A DNA stretch of 64,000 bases from an uncultured bacterium. Lineage in GTDB: Bacteria > Auribacterota > JAFGBW01. The stretch's first letter is position 1; each line of letters starts with the position of its first letter. The notes below the pieces were generated by a model. That model was not told the origin of the DNA, made no database searches, and saw only the letters and a program-made list of their open reading frames with translations. The DNA is taken from contig CAYUET010000001.1 of the NCBI GenBank assembly GCA_964443875.1, positions 134,992-198,991 on the forward strand, read 5' to 3'. Shown one piece after another: positions 27,567 to 38,680 of the stretch. Both the position numbers and the translations under genes were made by a program.

Positions 27567-29804
27567 TTAATCCATTTGTGTAATCATAAAATTAACACGG
27601 TCGGAATGTCCTGCCTTATCGGATACAGCCAGGGTATGCGCGCCTTTTTTCAGGGATAAGCTGCAGAAAGGTTTTGAAGTCCGGGCAATGAGCTGCCCGT
27701 CAAGAAACCAGAATAATTCCTCAAAGGAATAATCCGCCTCAACGTTACATTCCATATTTTTGGGCATAAGCGGATCCTTCGAGACAGGAAGAAGGTATTC
27801 AGATCCATTAACAGGAAAACGAATATTTAATTTTGGTTTTATGGAAGCCTCTGTTTTATTCAGCAGGAAGCTTCTGATATTTTCAGGGAACACTGTTTCA
27901 ACGCGTTGAGTTTCCGGGTTTAATCTGTGGACCGTACAAACGGCTTCAGAACTGATTCCCCTGATTCTTTCATCCTTGATGAATTCCCCGCAGTAATGCC
28001 CTGCGGGAGCGCCTGAAAGCGCACATACTTTCTGTGAAAAAACAGAGTCAGGTTTTTCCCAGTGCCCAATATTTCTGTTTAAGGAAACGAGTTGTTGTAT
28101 TTCCAGGGCAAGAGGTAAAGCAATTTCAGCTCCCAGAAGAATATTCTGGCCTTCACCTGAAAGATGCCCGCACCATACGCCCAAGATATAGTCCGGGGTA
28201 AGAACCATTGCCCAGGCATCACGGTGATTCCAGCTGGTGCCTGTTTTATAGCCAGGTTTAAATTCCTCTCCGGGTTCTGAAATCCCCAGGGATCTAAGAG
28301 TAAGATAGGAAGACCCTTCCGGATAGATTCTTACTCCTTTATTTTTAGGCTCATCGGCCAGCACCTTTAAAGCTTTCCATAGTCCCTTTCTGGGAAAAAC
28401 AGCATAGGCGTTGGCAAGATCTGTCAGTTTCATTTCCTCAGTGCCAAGCGCAAGGGAGAGTCCCAGACGCTTATCTGCGGAAATAACATTCAATCCCATA
28501 TCGTGAAGATCTTTTGAGAACTCACTTACCCCGATCTTTTTCAGAAGGGTTACTGCCGGAATATTCCTGGATTTGGAAAGGGCATCTTTTGCTGAAACAA
28601 TTCCGAGAAAGGAACGGTCGGAGTTGGAAGGATGATATCCATTCCATGTCATGGGAATATCATAGAGAAGGGATGCCGGAGTTAAAAAACCCTGTGAAAA
28701 GGACCGGGCGTAAATAAAGGGTTTTAAAAGCGAACCGGGCTGACGCTTAGACAGCGCCGCATTGACATAGCCAGTCAGGGGATGGGCTGGATTAAGGGAT
28801 CCGATCAGGGCGGCAATAGAACTGTCCTCAACACGCAGGATTACAGCCGCATATCCGTCAATGCCTTTTTTATTAAACATCAGGCGTTTTTCCTTAACAT
28901 GTTCAATCAGCAGATGCTGAAGGTCATAATCTAAAGTAGTTTTATAAATCCCCCCCTTGTGGCCGGTAATCTGTTTTATCCATTCTGAAAAATGAATGGA
29001 AAAATGGGATTCAGAAAAAAAAGAAGAATTTTTACGGACTAAATTTATTTTTTGAACGATAGCCTGCTGATATTCTTCAGGAGATATGAAGGAATCCTCC
29101 AGCATTCTTTTAAGAACATAATCCCTTCTTTTTAACGCCCTGGGTAATTGCCTGTAAGGATAATAACGTGTAGGAGCCTGGGGAAGACCGGCCAGCAAAG
29201 AAGCTTCATTAAGATTTAAGTCTGAAGCCGTTTTATTGAAATACTTTTGGGCTGCGGCTTCAATACCGCAGATATTTCCACCATAAGGGGCAATATTAAA
29301 ATAAATTTCAAGAATCTTATTTTTGGAATACAGGCCTTCGAGCTGAAGGGCGCGGAATATTTCAATCAGCTTGTTATAATAATTTCTCTCCCTGGGCCAC
29401 AGCATACGGATCACCTGCATGGTGAGTGTTGAAGCGCCTGAAAAACGTCTGCCTTTGGTGATGTTCTGACCTGCAGCACGGAACAGAGAGAAAAAATCCA
29501 CTCCCGGATGCTCCCAGAATCGTTTATCCTCAGCAGCAAGAGTTGCCTGAACAACAGATTCAGAAATCCGGTTCAGGGAAGTCTTTATCTTCCATGTGCC
29601 GTTTTCACTGACATACCAGGCCAGAAGATTTTTTCCTGTCTTGTCTTTAACACAGGTACTCTGAAGAGAAAACTGCTCTTCCAGATACTGAAGCGGAAAT
29701 GGAAAAAGACAGGACAGGAAAAACAGAAGCAGAACAAGAAAAATAGAACACAAAAATATTCCCAGAAAAATTTTAAAAATTAATTTCAGGAAACCCACAT
29801 TCAT
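27567..29804 (-). CDS. pbpC: Penicillin-binding protein 1C (transglycosylase / PbpC-type)
   Basis: 745 aa. GT51 motifs EDKRFWEHPGVD and GASTLTMQ. N-terminal TM. Overlaps by 4 nt with the upstream alpha-2-macroglobulin gene, the conserved yfhM-pbpC arrangement. Confidence 0.85.
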   Translation of the reverse strand: MNVGFLKLIFKIFLGIFLCSIFLVLLLFFLSCLFPFPLQYLEEQFSLQSTCVKDKTGKNLLAWYVSENGTWKIKTSLNRISESVVQATLAAEDKRFWEHPGVDFFSLFRAAGQNITKGRRFSGASTLTMQVIRMLWPRERNYYNKLIEIFRALQLEGLYSKNKILEIYFNIAPYGGNICGIEAAAQKYFNKTASDLNLNEASLLAGLPQAPTRYYPYRQLPRALKRRDYVLKRMLEDSFISPEEYQQAIVQKINLVRKNSSFFSESHFSIHFSEWIKQITGHKGGIYKTTLDYDLQHLLIEHVKEKRLMFNKKGIDGYAAVILRVEDSSIAALIGSLNPAHPLTGYVNAALSKRQPGSLLKPFIYARSFSQGFLTPASLLYDIPMTWNGYHPSNSDRSFLGIVSAKDALSKSRNIPAVTLLKKIGVSEFSKDLHDMGLNVISADKRLGLSLALGTEEMKLTDLANAYAVFPRKGLWKALKVLADEPKNKGVRIYPEGSSYLTLRSLGISEPGEEFKPGYKTGTSWNHRDAWAMVLTPDYILGVWCGHLSGEGQNILLGAEIALPLALEIQQLVSLNRNIGHWEKPDSVFSQKVCALSGAPAGHYCGEFIKDERIRGISSEAVCTVHRLNPETQRVETVFPENIRSFLLNKTEASIKPKLNIRFPVNGSEYLLPVSKDPLMPKNMECNVEADYSFEELFWFLDGQLIARTSKPFCSLSLKKGAHTLAVSDKAGHSDRVNFMITQMD

Positions 29805-32800
29805 TTCTTTGAGGATAGAATCGATATTTTCCTGCGCCCGTTCATACTGTAAAGCCCGGGATCATACATGCAGCTGGCTTCGGAAGCTGGCCATATAAAA
29901 TCACCCTGCGTGACCGCGCGAACCAGATACCTGTATTCATTGTAAGGCTTGGCGGTGGAAAAAAACAAAACCAGTCTGTCATCTTTCATTTCACGGTGCA
30001 GAACATTTAAAGAATTACCTCCCTTTTGTGCGAGCGTTGCAGCTCCAAGATCAGGGTTTTCAATTTCCAGTCCGGCAGGTAAAAGATCAAGCAGCAGCAT
30101 GTTGGATAAGGAACGTTGAGACTGAAGGGTATATCGGATCTGATAAAGTTTTCCCTGAACAAGTGAATCTGTTTTTGCGGGTGTGAGGCCGTCACTTTCA
30201 AATATTTCTCTTCTTAAGACAAGCCCTGAATCTTTTTCTTCAGATACTTCTTTTTGTGGTATTCCCTGAGAAGAAAGAAAGATATAGCCTAAAGCCTTAT
30301 CCTGTGAAGGATTAAGTGTAACCGTATAATGTTCATTTTCAACAAGATTATCCAGAGTCAAACCCTTTTGGGTATCAAATTCTTTTTCGTTTCCATCCGG
30401 GCATTGGATGCTCCCTTTGAGTATTGCCGTGGAAGAAAATTTCCGGGCATATTTTCCAAGAGCCATGACGGCAAAGGCATTCTCCTGGGTTGATCCGAAG
30501 GAATTATTTACAGCAAAGGTCTTTAATTTTTCAACGATTCCCGGAATCTGCGCGTTTTGCGGATTGATGTCCAGCAATAAGGAAAGTTGCAGGGATAATT
30601 CGCGAACCTGAGAATTCAAAAATCCTTCGGGTTTGTACCCCGTTGTCAGTGCCCTGTTTTCACCGATCCATTTTTCAGCTTCCTTCATTTCTCCGGAGGC
30701 CATGAATGCTCCCGCCAGATAAAAATAAACTGTTGATGAAAGGGTTTTGCCTTTATTTTCAAGTTCTGCAATTTTTTCTTCCAGAGTGGTTATCCATGAA
30801 TACGGGGTTTCTCCGGATTTTGCCAGGACATAGCACGCATAAGCGGCTTCCTGGAGAAAAGGATACTGGCTGTTTTCATTTTCATAGGTTATCCAGAATT
30901 GAAGTTGATTTTTTAAATACTGAAGAGAAGACTCATATAAAGAGCCAGTATCATAGCCCCCCTTTCTGGCTTCTGCCAGAAAGTCAGCCGCATAAATGGA
31001 TCCGAAAGCATCAGGATCCGCCATTCCAGGCCACATTCCAAAGCCGCCGCCATAGGTCTGCATCATAGTTAAGCGTATAATTCCATCCGCAAATAACTGT
31101 TCAATATCTTCGCTTAAAACAATTCCGGAATCTGACTCTGAAATCCAGTCTTTCAAATAAATCAGAGGAAACAGTTTAGATAGGGTTTGTTCAAGGCATC
31201 CATAAGGATAATCCAGAAGCGTATTGAGGGAAGAAGTTAATTCCACAAGACTGTTTCCTCCCACCGTTAAATTCCCTTTAAAAGTATTGGGAACAGAAGA
31301 GGAATCAATAGTAATTTCTTTTGTCTCTCCCGGTTTTAAAATCCAGGATTGAGCTTTTTTCAGATATCCGGAGGAAGGCCTGACAGGAATTTCAGCAGAC
31401 TCGCTGTATTCAAGATCTCCCATCTTTAAAGAAAAGGAGAATACGGCATTTCCGATATTCTGTACCTCTAAAGGGATAAAAACTGTTTTTTCCTCACCTG
31501 AATTCATTGAAACAGAAGGTATTGCTTCTTTTATTTTAACAGGTCCTTTAACCTCGCAGAGGATATTGACCTTCCCGGATTCAGGACTTTTATTAAAGAG
31601 GGTAACAGGCAAAATAAACGCATCCCCGGAACTTAAAAAACGGGGCCAGGATATTCGAGCCATTAAGGGATTTTTAACAGTTAAAGGCGTATCGGATGCC
31701 CCGAATAGATTGCCGGATACAGCGACTGCCATTACTCTCAGTTCGCCGATAAATTCAGGAAGCTCACATCGAAATCCTATTCTTCCATTTTCATCCGTAG
31801 TGAAAGGCCCCTGCCATAAAACCGGCGTAACAACTTTCCGTGAGAAAAGCGGAGATATGATGCCGGTATCCCCCAGATCCCCCCCTTCTCCTCCTCCGGG
31901 TGCGGTTTCATTGACATATTTCCATTTTTCAAAAACAGGAGTCAGTCTGGAATAAAAATCATATTCTTTTACATCCAGACTTCTCAAGGAATAGAAATAA
32001 TCCCAGGGCGAAGGGGTCTTGTATTTTTTAATAGAAAGAACACCTTCATCAACAAGAAACAAAATCACTGAAGCATCCTTCACAGGAGTTTCTTTATTTT
32101 TTACCGTAATATTCACTTCCAGTTCTTTCTTCGGGGAGATTTCCTTAAGTGTTTCAATTTCGACATTTAAACAGCGGTCAGAGGAATCCATCTCCAGCGT
32201 GATCTGCCCGGTTGCCCGGTGAGGTTGCCAGTCATCCTCAGGTCTTACCGGTCTTATCAAGGTAACGGTTGCATAAACATTGGGTCTCCAGGATTCAGAA
32301 GCAATCCACTGGGTTTCTCCTTTGCCTTCTTTAATTTCTATGACTTTGGAATCTAGTACGGAATCCTTTTCAATGCAGACAAGGGCTTTGCCGTCAAAAA
32401 GGGAAAAAACAGATAAATATACAGGCTCTCCTGGTTTATATTTCTTTTTATCCAGTTTTAAAGACAGCTTGTCCGGATCTGCGGTTGTCCATTTCGCTTC
32501 CCTGCCCTGGACAAAGAAATCATAGGTCAAGGGGCAATTCTTCTGACTATCAATAAACAGACGGTAATTACCTGCTGTTGTCATGGGGAAAGCAATATCC
32601 GCAGTACCCTCTTTTAAATTAACGGACTGATGGGAGAGTTCTTCTTCCTGCCTTGTCCATTCATATTGAAGCCTTCCTCCTCCCATTTGCTTTAAAAGAT
32701 TAAAATAATTCACCTTAAAAAGATAAGCCGTAACCGGGGTATCCACTTTTTCCAATTTTCCATCCGTCTGAACATTCGCGACATGAAAGCGGATATCCTT

Positions 32801-35194
32801 TCCGGCAACAGGGGTCTCTTTAAAACATTCAACACCCATATAAGAATCATAGATATGAAATACTTTTTCATTTTTTTCAATCAGGGCTCTGCCCCCTTTT
32901 TCTCTGGCTTCAATTTCAATAGTCCCGTTGTAAACTCCTGAAGTTGAAATATTGGGGACCTGTAAGATAAAGCCCGTATCCCCCTTTTCATCCAGAGTCT
33001 GTTCAGAAAGTTCGAAGGATTGAGTGGAAAAATTTACCCGGTCATCCCCGAATTTATAATGCCCGTATTCAGGGTGTTTGAAAGGTCCTGATTCATATCT
33101 GATTCTGCAGGCTGAAATTAACCCTTTTGCAGGTTCTCCGAATAAATGTTCCACATGAACTTTGGCTGAAAGATCGCCGTCAATATACAAAGGATCCTCC
33201 GGAAACTGTACTTTAAGGCGCAGAGTTTGGGGAAGGAAATCAGATACCTGGAAACTGGTCTCCCCTAAAACCTGATCTGTGCCCGGAATGAAAAACTGAA
33301 TGCGGTAAATACCGCTGGGAGTGTTTTCAGGAATTCGGATTTCAGTAGTCGTTATCCCGGAAATATCGGTTATACAGTTCTGATTCAGCATTTCTTTTCT
33401 GTTGGGTTTGCGAAGACTTAAGGTTAAAGGAATCGATGGAGGAGCAATAAACCGGTTATCACGGAGGGTTGCTGAAACTTTAACGGTTTCTCCTGCGCGG
33501 TAAAGATTCCGGTCTGTATAGGTAAAGACTTCATAGCCCTTTTTAAGGTAAGGACGTCCCTGATTCCCCTCTTTAAAACGGTCTACATAGTTTTCAGAAA
33601 AGGAAATAAAGCTCAAGTCATCATCTTTTGATACAACCAGAAGTCCGGGATTTTCACCCCTGGGCAAAGATTTTAATTCAAAAGAGGCAAGTCCCTTTTC
33701 ATCGGTTATTCCTTCTCCGATTTTTTGTCTGCGGTCACTGTAAAGTGAAAGTTTGGCTTCTTTAACAGGTTCTGCTGAAGACAGGGAAGTTACCCATACA
33801 AAAGCTTTATTATCCGACAAACGGACAGAAACTCCCAGATCAGTAATCACCAGAATGGTCTGGTCGCTTACCCAGTATTCTTCGCCTTTAAGACCAAGGC
33901 TGAAAACCCCGATTTTATTATCCGGCATGAAACGATTCAGATCCAGAAGCGTTTCAACCGCCTCGTTCTTTTTGTTGTTGATTCTGACTTCTATTTCAGG
34001 CAATCCCTGTGCAAGCATTTCATTCATATAATAGCTTCCCTGAAGAACGTATTCCACGATGTTTCCGGCATAGAGCCTGTTTATAAGCACTTTAACTGAG
34101 CTTGTGTTATAGGTTTGTATAGGGACTTTTAAGATATTATTCGGAGATAAAAAACCGCCTTCAAATATAAAACGCTGGGATTTGGGTTTATCCGGAAACC
34201 ATACGGTTCTTATCAGATCTTTTTCCAGCATTCCTGCGGCACCGGCGGGCAACCCTTTTTTCAAGGTAACAAGATATCTCTGTCCGGGCTTGAAATCCCC
34301 TGTAAGAAGCATCCCTCTCTCATAGGATTCTACGCTGAAAGGAAGCGAAGGGGTAACAGAGATGAAGTTTTTAGCGACGGAAAGATCAATAGGTGAATTC
34401 ATGTCAATTTCAATAGAGCTGTTAGAATCATAATTCACAGGGTTCATTTTTGTAAACACAAGCTCTCGGGGAAGCAAAACCTCGGCTGAGTAATCCTTTT
34501 CCAGGCCTAAGGCACCTTCAGTACCGGCAAGCCCTTTGGCAATACTGACAGCTATTTTATTCCATTGTGCAAAAGAAATCCTTACATAAAGGTTTTTGTC
34601 AGGTTTTCCGCCTAACACCTGAAAAGAAACGGGTTTCTGATTAGGGTAGAAAATTTTTAAACGTTCTTTTAATTCCAGAGGGTTTACCGGGGTGTTGAAA
34701 GTGAACAATACCAGAGAAGAATTATTAGCCTCTATTTTTGCCTGATGGACAGAAACAACCTCCAGAGGTGTTGTAGAAAAATAATAAAAGGACATGGCGG
34801 GCGATTCTCCTTTTTTTCCACGGAGCTCAGGAGATAACAGAACCTGGTATCGGGTCGCCCTTTTCAGTTTTTCAAAAAGCTGGTATTTAATCTGATTGTC
34901 CTGAGCCAGATAGGCTTTTCCCGCTGTTTCAGGAATAAGCATAAGGCTTTTTTCATTAACAGTCTCAGGGTTGAGAGTGCAACTCAGCTGCAGAGTTAAA
35001 AGGCTTGCAGATTCAGGATTCAGAACTCCCTGAGGATCCATCTGTTTCACCATAATTTTTTCTGAAGGCCTGAAGAAATTTTTGATCTGATGATAAAATA
35101 AAAACAAAGCTCCAATATTGATCGCCAGAAAAATAAAGGGCCAGAAATTAAAACGTTTAGGCGTAGTCTGGAGGGTGGCAGAGGGAGTTGTCAT
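29801..35194 (-). CDS. Bacterial alpha-2-macroglobulin family protein with an intact thioester motif
   Basis: 1797 aa. N-terminal TM/signal anchor. Thioester CLEQ motif within DYPYGCLEQTLSKLFP, encoded at about 31187-31198. Paired with pbpC. Confidence 0.85.
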   Translation of the reverse strand: MTTPSATLQTTPKRFNFWPFIFLAINIGALFLFYHQIKNFFRPSEKIMVKQMDPQGVLNPESASLLTLQLSCTLNPETVNEKSLMLIPETAGKAYLAQDNQIKYQLFEKLKRATRYQVLLSPELRGKKGESPAMSFYYFSTTPLEVVSVHQAKIEANNSSLVLFTFNTPVNPLELKERLKIFYPNQKPVSFQVLGGKPDKNLYVRISFAQWNKIAVSIAKGLAGTEGALGLEKDYSAEVLLPRELVFTKMNPVNYDSNSSIEIDMNSPIDLSVAKNFISVTPSLPFSVESYERGMLLTGDFKPGQRYLVTLKKGLPAGAAGMLEKDLIRTVWFPDKPKSQRFIFEGGFLSPNNILKVPIQTYNTSSVKVLINRLYAGNIVEYVLQGSYYMNEMLAQGLPEIEVRINNKKNEAVETLLDLNRFMPDNKIGVFSLGLKGEEYWVSDQTILVITDLGVSVRLSDNKAFVWVTSLSSAEPVKEAKLSLYSDRRQKIGEGITDEKGLASFELKSLPRGENPGLLVVSKDDDLSFISFSENYVDRFKEGNQGRPYLKKGYEVFTYTDRNLYRAGETVKVSATLRDNRFIAPPSIPLTLSLRKPNRKEMLNQNCITDISGITTTEIRIPENTPSGIYRIQFFIPGTDQVLGETSFQVSDFLPQTLRLKVQFPEDPLYIDGDLSAKVHVEHLFGEPAKGLISACRIRYESGPFKHPEYGHYKFGDDRVNFSTQSFELSEQTLDEKGDTGFILQVPNISTSGVYNGTIEIEAREKGGRALIEKNEKVFHIYDSYMGVECFKETPVAGKDIRFHVANVQTDGKLEKVDTPVTAYLFKVNYFNLLKQMGGGRLQYEWTRQEEELSHQSVNLKEGTADIAFPMTTAGNYRLFIDSQKNCPLTYDFFVQGREAKWTTADPDKLSLKLDKKKYKPGEPVYLSVFSLFDGKALVCIEKDSVLDSKVIEIKEGKGETQWIASESWRPNVYATVTLIRPVRPEDDWQPHRATGQITLEMDSSDRCLNVEIETLKEISPKKELEVNITVKNKETPVKDASVILFLVDEGVLSIKKYKTPSPWDYFYSLRSLDVKEYDFYSRLTPVFEKWKYVNETAPGGGEGGDLGDTGIISPLFSRKVVTPVLWQGPFTTDENGRIGFRCELPEFIGELRVMAVAVSGNLFGASDTPLTVKNPLMARISWPRFLSSGDAFILPVTLFNKSPESGKVNILCEVKGPVKIKEAIPSVSMNSGEEKTVFIPLEVQNIGNAVFSFSLKMGDLEYSESAEIPVRPSSGYLKKAQSWILKPGETKEITIDSSSVPNTFKGNLTVGGNSLVELTSSLNTLLDYPYGCLEQTLSKLFPLIYLKDWISESDSGIVLSEDIEQLFADGIIRLTMMQTYGGGFGMWPGMADPDAFGSIYAADFLAEARKGGYDTGSLYESSLQYLKNQLQFWITYENENSQYPFLQEAAYACYVLAKSGETPYSWITTLEEKIAELENKGKTLSSTVYFYLAGAFMASGEMKEAEKWIGENRALTTGYKPEGFLNSQVRELSLQLSLLLDINPQNAQIPGIVEKLKTFAVNNSFGSTQENAFAVMALGKYARKFSSTAILKGSIQCPDGNEKEFDTQKGLTLDNLVENEHYTVTLNPSQDKALGYIFLSSQGIPQKEVSEEKDSGLVLRREIFESDGLTPAKTDSLVQGKLYQIRYTLQSQRSLSNMLLLDLLPAGLEIENPDLGAATLAQKGGNSLNVLHREMKDDRLVLFFSTAKPYNEYRYLVRAVTQGDFIWPASEASCMYDPGLYSMNGRRKISILSSKK

Positions 35195-35504
35195 AGGATT
35201 TTCTTTCTTGAAAAATTTTTATATAAAAGCCGGTTTTACCAGCCTGATGATAACAAAATGAATTGGCGGAAATATAATACAACCCTTTTAAATTGGCTAA
35301 TAAATAATAAGATACTTTAAGCATTATTATGCAGACAGTAAGGTTGCTTCATCAAGAGTGTTGAAGGATATGAATCGTGGAAAATGAATTTAAGTAATAT
35401 TAAACAAAATCCCCTTACAGGAGATCCACCTCTTCAAGGGATGAATTTGACTGAATTTTTTTACTTATGTACACGATTTGAATTTATTAATCATTAGAAT
35501 AATA

Positions 35505-35578
35505 CACCCCCAACGGGGATCGAACCTGTGACCTCAAGATTAGGAATCTTGCGCTCTATCCAACTGAGCTATGGGGGC
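35505..35578 (-). tRNA. tRNA-Arg (anticodon CCT)
   Basis: Reverse complement folds as a cloverleaf: acceptor GCCCCCA, D-arm GCTCAGTTGGATAGAGC, anticodon stem-loop CAAGA-TTCCTAA-TCTTG, T-arm GGTTCGATCC. No encoded CCA. Confidence 0.7.
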
Positions 35579-35680
35579 GTAATATTATATTTTTCAACAA
35601 CAGAGCGTGTTTTTATAGCAAAAGGCGTATGACGGTGCAACTGCAAAATAGGATAAAAAATCAACAAAAAAACAGCAATT

Positions 35681-36724
35681 TTATCCTTGATTATTTTCAT
35701 TCAATTTAAAGTCCTCTGCCTCAGGTTTCTCTGTGGACATCAATATCCCTCTCTCTTTCTCAGTAAGAAAGCATCCCAGAATACAATGAGGCTTGCAGGT
35801 CCAGTCACAGGGTTCAATATGAATGATCACTTTTGAACTTGGAAAATGATTTTTGATTGCTGCAGTAATTTTATCACTGATACTATGTGACAGACCGACT
35901 GAACAATCAGCTTTAAAAATCAGGTGGAATTCAATAAAGCGGGTTCCCCCGGATTTGCGTGTGCGCAGTCTGTGAAATCCCCGTGCATTTGATTTATATT
36001 TCATAATGTATTCATAAATCCATTTTTCTTCATTTTCAGGTAGTCTCACATCTACAAGGTCCTTTGCAGATTGCAGAGTCAATTCATAGGCGGCCTTGAC
36101 AATAAGCAAGGCAACTCCGATGGCTGATACAGAATCAATCCATTGCAAATCAACGCCGGGAAAAAACCATTTCCCTGCCCATATAAAAAAAAGTCCAACC
36201 ATGACCCCTCCGGAAGTATAGACATCCGTCATCAGATGCCAGCCGTCTGCCTGGAGAGCTATGGAGTCCGTTTCTTTTCCGACTTTAAAAAGTTTTTTTG
36301 AAACAATGAAATTAACCAGAGATGAAATCAGCATGATAAGAATACCCAGTTCCGCCTTTTCAATGGGTTTAGGATATATCAATTTATGAATCGCTTCATA
36401 TATAATCCAGATTGCTGCTAAAAAAATCAGGAGAGCTTCAATTGTCCCGGATATGTTTTCAAATTTCCCATGCCCATAAGGATGGTCCTTGTCCGGAGGC
36501 TGACCGGATGTTTTAACGGCAAAATAAGCAATCAGGGCAGCAACGAGATCTATGGCGGAATGAATCGCTTCAGAAATAACAGAGACTGAAGTGGTGATGA
36601 TTCCAATACATAATTTCAACAATACAAGGGAGGCGTTGGAAATAACGGACAAAATAGCCACTTTTGATTTTTTATTATTATCCATATAAAAATAATTATT
36701 AATAAAATGAATTTGTTCAAGCAA
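35681..36724 (-). CDS. Cation diffusion facilitator (CDF) family metal efflux transporter with a Cys/His-rich C-terminal tail. The start may be the second Met at 36685.
   Basis: Six hydrophobic helices. HSAIDL-type motif and PYGHGKFE region. C-terminal cytoplasmic domain. Tail is IHIEPCDWTCKPHCILGCF. Confidence 0.7.
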   Translation of the reverse strand: MLEQIHFINNYFYMDNNKKSKVAILSVISNASLVLLKLCIGIITTSVSVISEAIHSAIDLVAALIAYFAVKTSGQPPDKDHPYGHGKFENISGTIEALLIFLAAIWIIYEAIHKLIYPKPIEKAELGILIMLISSLVNFIVSKKLFKVGKETDSIALQADGWHLMTDVYTSGGVMVGLFFIWAGKWFFPGVDLQWIDSVSAIGVALLIVKAAYELTLQSAKDLVDVRLPENEEKWIYEYIMKYKSNARGFHRLRTRKSGGTRFIEFHLIFKADCSVGLSHSISDKITAAIKNHFPSSKVIIHIEPCDWTCKPHCILGCFLTEKERGILMSTEKPEAEDFKLNENNQG

Positions 36725-37162
36725 AATATTATTGCGTTTACTGAAAATTTTTTATGGATTTATATCCGTCCAATCATATCTTCTATCTGCAGAGACTTGA
36801 TAAAAAATAAGTGAACAGCATGAGGTGCGGATAAAATAATTTTTTTACATTATTTATCGGTTTTTTTTAAATTTATATTGCGGAATCAATTGAAGTATTT
36901 CTTTAAATAAGATATTAGTGATCTGCAAAGCCTGAATCCTTCTTGTTTATTGGTTTTGTTTCATACACCCAGTAAAGATTAACGGCCTTTTAGGCTTTTT
37001 TATATATTATCATGCCCCGGTGTTAAGATTTAGAATTTTTATAAAATAATTGATTGCTATCCCTTAGGCCAATTAAAGATATTAAAAATATGTTTTAGTT
37101 TTTTAAATATTTTGAGGAATTAAAAAATTTATCTGATTTAAGAATTAAGGAGATTTAGTCCT

Positions 37163-38680
37163 ATGCTGAACAAGATTGGATTTGATAATGAAAAATATAT
37201 TAAGGAACAATCCGCTGAAATTTTAAAACGAATTGACCAATTCGGAGAGAAGTTATTTTTGGAATTCGGGGGAAAACTCCTTTATGATTATCATGCGGCA
37301 CGTGTACTTCCCGGCTATGATCCCAATGTCAAAATGCGCCTTCTAAAAAAACTTAAGGATAAAATCGATATTATTCTTTGCATTTACGCAGGTGCCATTG
37401 AGCATAAAAAAATGCGGGCTGATTTCGGCATCTCCTATGACGTCGATGCATTTAAGCTTATTGATGATCTTCGTGAATGGGGAATAGAAGTCACTGCGGT
37501 TGTAATAACCCGCTTTGAAGATCAGCCGGCCGCGATCCAGTTCAAAAATAAACTGGAACGCCGGGGTATCAAAGTTTACACCCACAGATTTACAAAAGGC
37601 TATCCTATCAATGTGGAAATGATTGTGAGTGACGAAGGCTATGGAGCCAATACGCATATTGAAACAACAAAGCCCATTGTCATCTTTACCGGCCCCGGCC
37701 CCGGGAGCGGCAAACTTTCAACAGCGCTCTCCCAGCTCTATCACGAACGCAAACGCGGAGTCAAGGCAGGCTATGCCAAGTTTGAGACTTTCCCGATCTG
37801 GAACATCCCGCTTAAGCATCCGGTCAATGTGGCTTATGAATCAGCAACAGCCGATTTGCGAGATATCAACATGATCGATTCTCATCACCTCGAGGCATAT
37901 AATGAAAAAACCGTGAACTACAATCGCGATGTCGAAGCCTTTCCACTTTTACGGAGGATTATCGAAAAAATCACAGGAAGACCCTGTATCTATAAATCAC
38001 CCACGGATATGGGGGTAAACAAGGCGGGATTCGGAATTGTTGATGACGAGGTGGTCCGGAAGGCCTCCATTCAGGAAATCATCAGACGCTATTTCCGTTA
38101 TTCATGCGAATATGCCATGGGGGTTACAGATAAGGGAACTGTTGAGCGGGCTGAACTTATAATGAAAGAAATCGGAGCAACTCCTGAAGACCGCCCGGTA
38201 GTGCTGCCTGCACGAAAAGCTTCCGAAGACGCCTGTATTTCCGGTAAAGGCAATGCTGGTATTTTCTGCGGTGCAGCCCTTGAATTGGCGGACGGCACTC
38301 TACTCACGGGAAGAAATTCCCAGACTATGCATGCGGCCTCATGCCTTATTCTGAATGCTGCAAAATATCTTGCAGGCATTCCTGCAACTATTGATCTCAT
38401 TCCAAAAAATATCATTGAATCCCTGAACCATTTTAAACGTGATGTGCTTAATGGAAAACGTCTAAGCCTTGACCTTGAAGAAACCCTGATTGCCCTCAGT
38501 ATAAGCGGCACTACTAATCCGTCTGCCCAGGCAGCCATAGAAAAACTTAAAGAAATTCGAGGGTGTGATGTTCATATCACACATATTCCGACCTCGGGAG
38601 ATGAAGCCGGTTTAAGAAAACTCGGGCTCAATCTGACCTGCGATCCGGAATTTTCCACCCGGGCTCTTTTTCTGAACTAA
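37163..38680 (+). CDS. UPF0371/DUF1846 family protein
   Basis: 505 aa. The N-terminus FDNEKYIKEQSAEILKRIDQF...LFLEFGGKLLYDYHAARVLPGYDPN matches the conserved start of the DUF1846 family as I recall it. Confidence 0.5.
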   Translation: MLNKIGFDNEKYIKEQSAEILKRIDQFGEKLFLEFGGKLLYDYHAARVLPGYDPNVKMRLLKKLKDKIDIILCIYAGAIEHKKMRADFGISYDVDAFKLIDDLREWGIEVTAVVITRFEDQPAAIQFKNKLERRGIKVYTHRFTKGYPINVEMIVSDEGYGANTHIETTKPIVIFTGPGPGSGKLSTALSQLYHERKRGVKAGYAKFETFPIWNIPLKHPVNVAYESATADLRDINMIDSHHLEAYNEKTVNYNRDVEAFPLLRRIIEKITGRPCIYKSPTDMGVNKAGFGIVDDEVVRKASIQEIIRRYFRYSCEYAMGVTDKGTVERAELIMKEIGATPEDRPVVLPARKASEDACISGKGNAGIFCGAALELADGTLLTGRNSQTMHAASCLILNAAKYLAGIPATIDLIPKNIIESLNHFKRDVLNGKRLSLDLEETLIALSISGTTNPSAQAAIEKLKEIRGCDVHITHIPTSGDEAGLRKLGLNLTCDPEFSTRALFLN

